This document shows, in pieces, positions 34,116 through 44,400 of a DNA stretch of 64,000 nt. Source of the stretch: Macrostomum lignano (lineage: Eukaryota); contig NIVC01001096.1 of assembly GCA_002269645.1 (NCBI GenBank), forward strand, positions 186,001 to 250,000, written 5' to 3'. The position numbers and the translations under genes are program-made. Position 1 is the stretch's first letter; each line of letters opens with the position of its first letter. The notes beneath the pieces are model-generated. The model searched no databases and was not told where the DNA came from. It saw only the letters and a program-made list of their open reading frames with translations.

Positions 34116-34781
34116 TCAAAGTACACTTGGTGCAGATGCGTTGCCAACGATTCGCTCAATAGAAGCCGAAAAACTTGTTGTCTCGGCTAACACATATTTT
34201 CCGTTGTCTTTGTCGCCTGGGGTCTTGGTTGGCACAGCAGCACCGGTCACCAGAGAATGACTCTCGCTTTTTTCCGCGCTTCTGGCTGTTTTTTGTTTCG
34301 TGGACTTCTTATTTTGAAGCACTACAGCCAAGATTGTAGCAAAAGTACACAAAATTAATGAAACTGTAACCAGTATAATAATTATATGCCAGGTAGCGAA
34401 CACCGTCTTTGATGAAGAAGTTACGCCAAAACTGTTCAACTTTTGAGGCTCACTGATTGACCTCTCAGACAATGCGGTGATTCCAACTGCACTGCTGGTG
34501 TAAACAGCTGTTGTTGTCAACCACAAGCAGTAGCCAGCTCTCCACAGCCTCTTGCACCGCAGCGACCAATAGGGGCTGTGAATTTCATTGCAGTGCGGGT
34601 TGAGGCATTGCGCAGGGCACGACTCGCATGTTCCAGACAACTCGCTGTAGTAGCTACCTGGAGGACACACCGTGGCCTGACGCATGTACGATCTGATCCG
34701 CATGGTCATGCATTGTGTCAAACTCACCGATGCCATCAGCAAAACTATGAGCCTTAGGCTAAGTTGACAGCTTGCAAACAT
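34116..34781 (-). CDS. Single-CRD TNF-receptor-like type I membrane protein (copy 3, 221 aa)
   Basis: Signal peptide; CRD CPPGSYYSELSGTCESCPAQC...C...C...C; Ser/Thr stalk; TM IIIILVTVSLILCTFATILAVVL followed by QNKK. Confidence 0.78.
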   Translation of the reverse strand: MFASCQLSLRLIVLLMASVSLTQCMTMRIRSYMRQATVCPPGSYYSELSGTCESCPAQCLNPHCNEIHSPYWSLRCKRLWRAGYCLWLTTTAVYTSSAVGITALSERSISEPQKLNSFGVTSSSKTVFATWHIIIILVTVSLILCTFATILAVVLQNKKSTKQKTARSAEKSESHSLVTGAAVPTKTPGDKDNGKYVLAETTSFSASIERIVGNASAPSVL

Positions 34782-35384
34782 TGTGCTTATTCTATTTTTT
34801 TAAAGTTGATAAAGTTTCGAATATTAACCGGATTTTGGATTCGTGATGCAAAATTTTAGCTCCGTCGTGCAAAATAAAGGATTCTAAAACACTGTACTAG
34901 CGTATGCGCTTTCGATTGTACTTAAACATGCACTCGTATGCTAAAAATAGCATGCCGAAGTTCCACACAATGTTCATTGCACAAAAGGAGGGCTTTCATA
35001 CTCGTATTGTTGCCAAAGCCGTACTGTAGTGATCAGTGATTTTAATTTATCAGAATATAACAGAAAAAACTTCAGATATACTTTTTAGCTAAAAAGCATC
35101 CGTGTTCATATCTTACCTGTACTTTATTGATAAGCCTGTACAAGCTTTTTTCGCCATTTACTGAAATGTGGTTGCTATTTTGATAAACTAAACGCATCGA
35201 AGCGAAAAACACACGCAACAGAAAGGACTGAATAAACAACTCGATTAGACAAATATATATTTGAATTAATTTTTAGTCAACCAAGTAGCGTTAGCACTTG
35301 CATTAATTTTCATTATGTCAATAAAAGTTTTATCCATGACAGCTAAAAATTTCATCGTTCATTACAGCTCCATCATCTCATCTC

Positions 35385-35872
35385 CCATTGACTCCCATTG
35401 ACATCACCCATTGACTGAAGAAATCACCCATTGACTGAAGAAATCACCCATTGACTGAAGACATCACCCATTGACTGAAGACATCTCCCATTGACTGAAG
35501 ACATCACCCATTGACTGAAGACATTACCCTAGACTGAAGAAATCACCCATTGACTGAAGAAATTACCCCAGACTGAAGACATCACCCATAGACTGAAGAC
35601 ATCACCCATAGACTGAAGACATCACCCATTGACTGAAGACATCACCCTAGACTGAAGACATCACCCATAGACTGAAGACATCACCCATAGACTGAAGACA
35701 TCACCCATTGACTGAAGACATCACCCATTGACTGAAGACATCACCCATTGACTGAAGACATCACCCACTGACTGAAGACATCACCCATAGACTGAAGACA
35801 TCACCCATTGACTGAAGACATCACCCACTGACTGAAGACATCACCCACTGACTGAAGACCACCCCTTGACTA
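35385..35872. repeat. 19-20-bp minisatellite (GACTGAAGACATCACCCATT), about 25 copies
   Basis: Direct periodicity. Confidence 0.9.
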
Positions 35873-36391
35873 AAGACAGGACCTCCAAGTAAAGATAGCC
35901 ACCCATGACCTGCTTCACCGACCTTTTAACGACACTGATGTAGAACGACTCGACGTTCCGGAAGTGATAAATTAATTTTTTAACTATTTCTCTATTGTCT
36001 CAGTGCTAATGCTTTCAGTTCTTTTCTATGCTCGCTGTGTATTTTTCAGAGTAAAGATGTATGTTATTAGTCTTAAATATCAGTTTGACTAGTTCTAAAT
36101 TAATCAAATATACTTGAAGAGGTTGATAGAGTAAAAAAGATTAACATAGCTATCAATAAAGAAAAGAAAGTGATACTGTTTGCTAACTTTCAATATATTA
36201 ATTATTTTCTGTCACTATTTAATTGATGAACTAAGATATTAGTTTAGAATGATTATGATTATGAGTCAAGTTTATTCGCATAAAAATCCAGTAGACCTTT
36301 GGCCAAGTCTTGAACTGTCGCGTTTCGTTGAGCTGTCTAAAACAAAAATTTAACACCAGCGTTATAAAGTAGCTCGCATTATCTGATTAGA

Positions 36392-36550
36392 AAGGGTTGT
36401 AGCCTAGTGGTAAGAGCGTCAGACTCGCGGCTGAAAGGTCGAGGGTTCGATTCTCGGCCCACTCGGAACAATTTGTGTCCTTGAGCAAGACACACTTACA
36501 TGTAACTCTGCATTGCTTCAGTTCACCCAGCTGTGAAATGGGTGCCAGCA
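36392..36550 (+). mobile_element. tRNA-derived SINE (family 2) with V/Meta-domain-like core
   Basis: A-box TAGCCTAGTGG, B-box GGTTCGATTCT, then GTGTCCTTGAGCAAGACAC...TTGCTTCAGTTCACCCAGCTGTGAAATGGGTGCC, similar to widely conserved metazoan SINE cores. Confidence 0.75.
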
Positions 36551-36577
36551 TTAGCTTTAAGCGACACCGGTTAAAGC

Positions 36578-36720
36578 ACCGGTCACTGCGCCTTGTGGGT
36601 TGGTCCACAAGGCTGTTAATTGCACGAGCAGAGCCAAGCCGAGATTCTAATTTCGCCCCAAATTAATGTGACTGCACTTGGAATCGAGCCCAGGCCGCTG
36701 GTACAGCAGAGGGCTACGGC
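36578..36720 (-). mobile_element. 5' half of SINE family 1, minus strand
   Basis: Reverse complement reads GCCGTAGCC...GGGCTCGATTCCAAGTGCAGTCACATTAATTTGGGGC...CAAGGCGCAGTGA, matching 4023-4177. Confidence 0.8.
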
Positions 36721-36743
36721 AGAGCGCAACTGAATAATCGCAG

Positions 36744-39700
36744 TCACGAATGCAGACTTACCAGACGCTCCATCGCTTTGGCCTTTTCTTCTCGCAGAGC
36801 TGCGCTGTTCAGCACCAGCTGGTGATTTTCTTCAACAATTCGATTGACAATGTCCGCTGCCGGGCAGTAGAGCAGCGCCATCAGCACCTGCTGGGCATCG
36901 GGAGATTCTGACGGCTTCAGCAGCTCAGTGAACCAGCTGACATCCCGCCAGCACCGGAGATCAGCTCAAACTGGAGACATTTCAACAAACAGTCAAAGTT
37001 CATAAAGAACACTCCAGAACTTCTGTCCAACTCTAAAGGAAAATTTGCTTGCAGAGATGGCGGCAGAAATTCTAGTCGAATTTGTTGATGCTGGGAAAAC
37101 TTGAAGCAAAACTTCCAGGCGCAGTCGCTGGTGACCAGGTATTGCTCCACGAGGCGGTTGGCTCTAGCTTGGTTCGATGCCAGATCGTCCGACCTCCATT
37201 GGGGATATTTAATGCCACTGTGAGATCGGAATGTGTGACTTCTGATGGCTTGGACTGCCGCGGCTCTGTCACCTTCTCTGAGATGCGTCAGCACTCGAAG
37301 CGATGCGGCTGTGGTTCTGGCGCACGCCGGCAAGTCATTAATCAATTTCAAATGCTGCGCCAAGCTGCAGCTGTTTCCAGGCGTTGCCAGGTTGACCAGC
37401 AACTGCCTGACTAAATCGTACAATTGATGGTACTCCTGAACCAAGTTGGTGCTGTCTGGACTTTGAGCATCGAACTCTTGGCACAGTTGCAGGTCCGGCA
37501 TGACTAGAAAAGGTTGATAGTAAAACACCTGACAGGCAGGTCTCAGAGGTTCTGAGCAATATTGCTCCAGTTGATTTGTCAGATCCTGCCGCACCGCCTC
37601 GATGGCATCGAAGATCTGCTGCCGATCGGAGTGGTTTGGTTCGAGTCTGACGTGAACCGTCGGACAGAAAATATCAGGGATCAGCGCGGCAGTGCCATCC
37701 GAACTAGCTAGGAGACGGTTCTGCAAAGTGCGCAGTGACTGGCGAGTCAGCTTGAGCACATTCTCCGGGCGCCATTCTCCACTTGGAGTCGAATGAAGCA
37801 TTTGAAATAGAAGCAACTTTGCCAGATTGTCCGGTAAACCATCAACTAAACGAGTCAGTAGTCGACCGATGATGTACTTTAATAGAACAAAAACCTGACC
37901 CTGAACAGTGCTCAGACAGCGTAATAGTCTTTGCTTAAGGAATTGCGTACAAAACTGAAATAGACTGGATGGTGTAGCATCTCGACAGCGTTCGGCGTAG
38001 CACCTTGAACTACTCAACTCTTCCTTTAGCTGACTGATTACGTCATCAGTGAGTTTGGTCTCTGAATTCTGCAGCAGGCTTACCGGAGGATGACGGCAGC
38101 ACTCCAGCACAGGTGAGTGGCTGATTGCTGGAATCTTGGCTTGGACAGATCCGACAGACTTGGATGGCGACAGTTCATCTGCAGTTAGAGGGGAAATGTT
38201 AGCGGCTTGATTCCCAGTTTAAATAAGGCCTTCACTGCCCCTGCTCTTCCCAAAAACTGCTATAGTGCTGCCGCTGCTATCGTTGTCGTGCTAAAGCCCC
38301 TTGGTGCTAAAGCCCCTTGGTGCTAAAGCCCCTTGGTGCTAAAGCCCCTTGGTGCTAAAGCCCCTTGGTGCTAAAGCCCCTTGGTGCTAAAGCCCCTTGG
38401 TGCTAAAGCCCCTTGGTGCTAAAGCCCCTTGGTGCTAAAGCCCCTTGGTGCTAAAGCCCCTTGGTGCTAAAGCCCCTTGGTGCTAAAGCCCCTTGGTGCT
38501 AAAGCCCCTTGGTGCTAAAGCCCCTTGGTGCTAAAGCCCCTTGGTGCTAAAGCCCCTTGGTGCTAAAGCCCCTTGGTGCTAAAGCCCCTTGGTGCTAAAG
38601 CCCCTTGGTGCTAAAGCCCCTTGGTGCTAAAGCCCCTTGGTGCTAAAGCCCCTTGGTGCTAAAGCCCCTTGGTGCTAAAGCCCCTTGGTGCTAAAGCCCC
38701 TTGGTGCTAAAGCCCCTTGGTGCTAAAGCCCCTTGGTGCTAAAGCCCCTTGGTGCTAAAGCCCCTTGGTGCTAAAGCCCCTTGGTGCTAAAGCCCCTTGG
38801 TGCTAAAGCCCCTTGGTGCTAAAGCCCCTTGGTGCTAAAGCCCCACGATGGCACTCCCAAAGGTAAGCCCCCAAAGCAAAAGTCCTGGCTACATACCCAA
38901 GCAGTCTCCTCTGTAGCTCAAGCGGCCGTCTTCGCGCAGCTCCAGCTGCTCTCCCGTTGCTCCTGGAAGCAGAGCTCTGCCGCTGCCGCACCGACAGACG
39001 CCGCGAACGTGCAGCACCCGACCGGGCACCGGCAGAACCAGCTTCACTTCGACATCGTCAGCTTCAAATTCGCCGTTAGCGCAGGCAAGTTGGGCACCCC
39101 AGCAGTCGGCAAAAGTTCCCGAAAAGCGCATTCGAAGTTCCTCGAAGTTGTTTTCATCGTCGCCACGATGGCACAGCCTGGTCAAACGAGCTCGACAGAT
39201 GGCCTCGGTGGCGTCAACCGTGGCGGCATGCAGACAGGCAGTCAGCTGGTGAAATCCGGCTGCCAGCAGGTTGCGATGGAGGCTGACGCTGAGATCGGAG
39301 TCTGAGAGCAGCGGCCTGGGTATGGAGAGAAGGTCACACTTATGTCTAACAGTCTAACAGGTGACACAATCCTGTCTAATAGTCCAACAGGTGTCACACT
39401 CCTGTCTAACAGTCTAACAGGTGTCACACTGCTGTCTAACAGTCTAACAGGTGTCACACTGCTGTCTAATAGTCTAACAGGTGTCACACTGCTGTCTAAT
39501 AGTCTAACAGGCGTCACACTGCTGTCTAATAGTCTAACAGGTGTCACACTGCTGTCTAATAGTCTAACAGGTGTCACACTGCTGTCTAACAGTCTAACAG
39601 GTGTCACACTGCTGTCTAACAGTCCAACAGGTGTCACACTGCTGTCTAATAGTCTAACAGGTGTCACACTGCTGTCTAACAGTCTAACAGGTGTCACACT

Positions 39701-42700
39701 GCTGTCTAATAGTCTAACAGGTGTCACACTGCTGTCTAACAGTCTAACAGGTGTCACACTGCTGTCTAATAGTCTAACAGGTGTCACACTGCTGTCTAAC
39801 AGTCTAACAGGTGTCACACTGCTGTCTAATAGTCTAACAGGTGTCACACTGCTGTCTAATAGTCTAACAGGTGTCACACTGCTGTCTAACAGTCCAACAG
39901 GTGTCACACTGCTGTCTAACAGTCCAACAGGTGTCACACTGCTGTCTAACAGTCCAACAGGTGTCACACTGCTGTCTAACAGTCTAACAGGTGTCACACT
40001 CATGTCTAACAGTCTAGCAGATGACTCCAGAACCTTATGCACCAGACGATCACCTTTCCGGATCCGTAGCAGCTAATGCATCAATTTCGCCTGTTACTTC
40101 TCGAAGCTCGCTAGCCAGGGTCACGTGACCTCGCCGCTGTGCCGCCTGCCAAGCGGCGTCGCCACGAAAATCTCGCGCCGTCGGGTCGGCGCCCCCGGTG
40201 CCACCAACAAGCAGGCGGGCGATTCGAACGTCGCCAACTCGAGCTGCCAAATGCAGCACCGTCTCGCCGGTGTCTCCGCGTCGAAGATTGGCGTCGGCGC
40301 CGGCGTGCAGTAGCTGTCGAACGGCGCCCAGCTGGCGCCGAAGCGCCGCAGTGTGTAGCGGAGTGGCGCCGCTAGCAGCGGTGCGGCAATCGATGGAGGC
40401 GCCAATGACGGAGGCGGCCAGGCACCTGCGGAGTCGATTTGGAAAATCCTTACTCTCGATTTTCACCTACTCTACCGAGTCTTACTCTACCGAGTCTACT
40501 CTACCGAGTCTACTCTACCGAGTCTACTCTACCGAGTCTACTCTACCGAGTCTACTCTACCGAGTCTACTCTACCGAGTCTACTCTACCGAGTCTACTCT
40601 ACCGAGTCTACTCTACCGAGTCTACTCTACCGAGTCTACTCTACCGAGTCTACTCTACCGAGTCTACTCTACCGAGTCTTACTCTACCGAGTCTTACTCA
40701 CCGAGTCTACTCTACCGAATCTATTAAAAAACTCTACCAAATCAATTCCTCCCACCTGACAACTCTCGAATAGCCCCTCTGAGCAGCCACAAACATCGGC
40801 GAGAATCCACCGGGCGCCGTCAGACCCGGGTCGGCCAGCCCAACCGACACCAGCAGCTCAACTGAGGCCGTCTGGCCGCCCTGAGCCGCCAAGTACACCG
40901 GAGTGGCGCCCCGCGCGTCTGTCGATCAACGTCAGCCTGCATAGCAACCAGCAGGGCAAGCACCTCAGGGCGACCTCGCCGTGCGGCCAGGTGCATCGGC
41001 AGGGCAACTTCCGGACTCGCCTGCGCCGCCAGCAGCGCCGACACCGTCCCGACGTGCCCCGCCTCGGCCGCCAGCGACATCGGCGTCGAGCCGCAATCCG
41101 CCATCGCATCGACGTCGGCTCCGGCCACCGCCAGCCGCGTCACCATGGCAACTCGACCGGCCCTGGCGGCCAGGTGCATCGGTGAATAACCACCGGCTGC
41201 CGTCCTCGAGTCCAGACCAGCCTGAGCGCGGATCAGCTCCGCGAGACAGTTGGCACGGTTCGCGGCCACCGCCAGATGAGCCGCCGACGCGCCGTCGTGA
41301 CGCCGAGCGTCGGGATCGGCGCCGCAGTGGAGCAGCAGCCGAATCTGCTCTGGTTGAGAGCTGGCTACTGAAAGTAGTAGCGCCGTCTCGCCAGAGCGTC
41401 CCGACACAGCGTTCGGATCGGCGCCAGCTCTGAGCAGCTGTCCGACTGTCGAGAGGCAACCCTGGCGTGCAGCTCGACATAGCGCCGTTGTGTCACCGTC
41501 GTCTGCGGCATCATCGAGAGTGTCCACATTCATGTCGGTAAATGCTTCTTCGTCGGCAAGTGCTAATGCAGAATCGACATTGAGCGGCGCTTGAGCTTGG
41601 TACAGCCTCGAGAGGACATTCGGGTCGAGCGGGGAGTGGCTGTAATATTCAGTGGCGATGTTGTTCACATCCGCTTGGGCTCTGATTAGCTCGTCCATTG
41701 CCGCGTAGCGCTGGAATCGGGCCGACAGGCTGAGTGGCAGCAGTGCTGAGCTGCCGCACAGGTTGGGATTTGCCTGGGAGGCAGTTGAATTGGTTGGCTA
41801 AATTAGTAACCTACTCTAAGTAGGTTAGTTCAGTGAGATGCCACCCAGAAATCTAACCAATTCATTCTACCCAATCTACCCAAACTAACTCTACCCAACC
41901 TATCTAATCTACCCAACCTAATTCTACCCAACCTACCAATCTACCCAATCTACCCAACCTAACTCTACCTAACCTATCTAATCTACCCAACCTAATTCTA
42001 CCCAACCTACCAATCTACCCAATCTACCCAACCTAACTCTACCCAATCTACCCAACCTAACTCTACCCAATCTACCCAACCTAACTCTACCCAATCTACC
42101 CAACCTAACTCTACCCAATCTACCCAACCTAACTCTACCAAATCTACCTAATGCATTACTGATGCTCCATGGCCACATACAGGCCCCATTAAACCACTTC
42201 AGGAAGCAATCTTTGGCCACCTGTGCATCCAGCAGGAGTCGGACCAGATCTAGACGTCCCGACATCGAGGCAATCGCCAGAGGTGACATCAGAGCGCCGT
42301 ACTCGCAGCCGCCTTGGTCCGGATCGGCGCCGGCCTGCAGCAGCAGCAGCCTCGCAGTGCCAACGTGTCCACCGCGGCAGGCAGCAGCCAGTGGTGATTC
42401 AACAGCAGCATCAGCGGCAGCAGCCGTATCAACTACTTGCAGTAGTTGCCTGATAACAGAATCCCGGCCGAGTGCAGCCGCAGCGGCCATCGGTGTGGCA
42501 TCAGCGTGGTTTTCCTCGCCGTAGTTGGCATCGGCCCCGATGTCCAGCAGGGCAGCCAGCAGACGTTCGGAATCATCGGGATGTTCAGCAGTGCAGGCGA
42601 TGCGCCACCACGGCCTGGGGTCGGCACCGCCTTGGATCAGCAAGCAGCCAATCGAGACAGTTGCTACCGTCAGAATGTTCTCCGGATTGGCTGCACTTTT

Positions 42701-42973
42701 CAACAGCAACAGCTCCACCGTTGATTGATGACCGAACCGAGCCGCGGCGCCGAGGGGCGACTCGCCGAACAGATCCGCGGTGTCCACTTGAGCCATCCGG
42801 CTGATCAGCAGCCACGCCAGGGAATCCCGACCTTCCGCCGCCGCGTGCCACAACGCCGACCGGCCCAGGCTGTCTGCGGCATCGACTGCAACCGACTGGC
42901 TGTCGAGCAGCCTTCGCACGTCGGCCACGTCGCCAAGTCTGGATACCGCGATGAGTTCGGCGGCTTCAGCCAT
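36744..42973 (-). CDS. Ankyrin-repeat / Mab21 (cGAS-like receptor, cGLR) fusion protein, about 1330 aa; exons 42973-42221, 41773-40756, 40425-40054, 39315-38897, 38178-36744; two -1 frameshifts (about 40910 and 36955)
   Basis: All four introns are GT-AG with matching phases (0,2,2,1). Exons 1-3 encode roughly 15 ankyrin repeats. Exon 4 has an NTase-like motif SGTFADCWG...ADDVEVKL. Exon 5 has Mab21 C-terminal signatures (FLKQRLLRCLSTVQGQVFVLLKYII; LPDNLAKLLLFQMLHSTPSGEWRPENV; IPDIFCP). Exon total 3997 nt + 2 restored bases = 1333 codons. A GTAAGT at 36761 could indicate a further 3' exon. Confidence 0.8.
38289..38843. repeat. Perfect 16-bp minisatellite (CTAAAGCCCCTTGGTG), about 35 copies, in ANK-cGLR intron 4
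   Basis: Direct periodicity. Confidence 0.95.
39342..40020. repeat. 30-bp minisatellite, about 22 copies, in ANK-cGLR intron 3
   Basis: Unit GTGTCACACTGCTGTCTAAYAGTCTAACAG. Confidence 0.95.
40468..40720. repeat. 14-bp minisatellite (TACTCTACCGAGTC), about 18 copies, in ANK-cGLR intron 2
   Basis: Direct periodicity. Confidence 0.95.
41850..42147. repeat. Degenerate CTACCCAA-based repeat (about 24-bp period) in ANK-cGLR intron 1
   Basis: Direct periodicity. Confidence 0.85.
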
Positions 42974-43575
42974 TTGGGCCGGAAGTCCAGGCTGAGTAGT
43001 GAGTCACAGCCGATGCATTTCATTAATTGGCTAATTTTCCTATTATTACCTTTTTGGAGTCGGCTCTGCGCCATTTTCTCTGTTATGAATGAACGAGCTT
43101 GAGAGGGGGAGAGAGGGTTTGTTAATAAGAAGTTGAGGGTTAGAGAGTGCACTGCCCAGTGTGCTTGAGCTACCTGTGCAAACTCGAAAATATGTACGAT
43201 AGTAATTCTTAAAATAACAGAGTCGAGGAGAGGAGAGAGAGGAGAGAGAGTGTGTGTGTGTGTCGTGCGTCGCGTGTGTGTGTATGCATAGCTTTCGAAC
43301 GTTCGACTTCATTTGTGAGTTGGAGTTTTTTTTTCAAACCGAAAAATCTGCCTTAAATTTTTCTCTTTCATGCAATTGTTACAATGGCTATCATTGTGCA
43401 AAAATTTGCGCAGTTCAAAAAAACGGTGGGTACATATAGAGGCTAATTCAAGCCACTGAGGGCATAGGTGTAGCATTATAAACAGCTGATTAATGCAGCT
43501 TATCTCTCTGTATTTCGTACCTTTCTCATTTGTGGTGGGCAGTCTTGATCAAAGCAGTCATTATCGCAATCAAAG

Positions 43576-43938
43576 CCATGACCATAAACTATCGCCATGA
43601 TTATAGTCATAGCCCTGACCATAAACTATCGCCATGATTATAGTCATAGCCCTGACCATAAACTATCGCCATGATTATAGTCATAGCCATGACCATAAAC
43701 TATCGCCATGATTATAGTCATAGCCATGACCATAAACTATCGTCATGATCAGAGTCATAGCCATGACCATAAACTATCGCCATGATCAGAATCATAGCCA
43801 TGACTATAAACTATCACCATGATTATAGTCATAGACATGACCATAAACTATCGCCATGATTATAGTCATAGCCCTGACCATAAACTATCGACATGATCAG
43901 AGTCATAGCCATGACCAGTAAACTATCGCCATGATCAT
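43576..43938. repeat. 37-bp minisatellite, about 10 copies, in the intergenic region between the divergent genes
   Basis: Unit CCATGACCATAAACTATCGCCATGATTATAGTCATAG. Confidence 0.9.
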
Positions 43939-44400
43939 ACTTCGCAGTCGCAAAACTATGAAACAACTATGACACTTGGCGAGAGTTCGCAGCATAATTT
44001 ACCGTCATGACAGCAACTCTTTTCTACCGTTAACTGTGCTTGTATACAGGTGAAGACTGAAGAGAAGTGTTTTCAAGTACACCAGTCCTGTGCAGCCGAC
44101 TCATATGAAAACAATAATATATACTTGGCTGCAACTATTATAAATAAATGCATTATATGCTTCAGCTAGTGCTATTTTTATCCATTTCGCAATGCTTCAT
44201 GGCCGGAGTGTACAGTCAGTGTCTGCTGCTCTGTAACAAGGAACTATTCAATGTACAATTAGGTGTACATCGGTTAACAGTTTTATGACCCCTTATTTAA
44301 ACGTTTAGAAGCCTCTCTCGTAGGGTTAAAGAATACAAGATTTCCTAGAAATCTCACTGAGCAGCATTTTGAATATTGCCAGAGACATTGTCAAAAACAC

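Noticed and set aside
41978-42220. Extension of ANK exon 1 to the downstream TTAG|GTAGAT donor at 42147
   Set aside because: That donor is phase 1 and adds non-ankyrin residues, whereas CAG|GTGGCC at 42221 is phase 0 and gives the ankyrin-consistent LLDAQ|ANPN junction.
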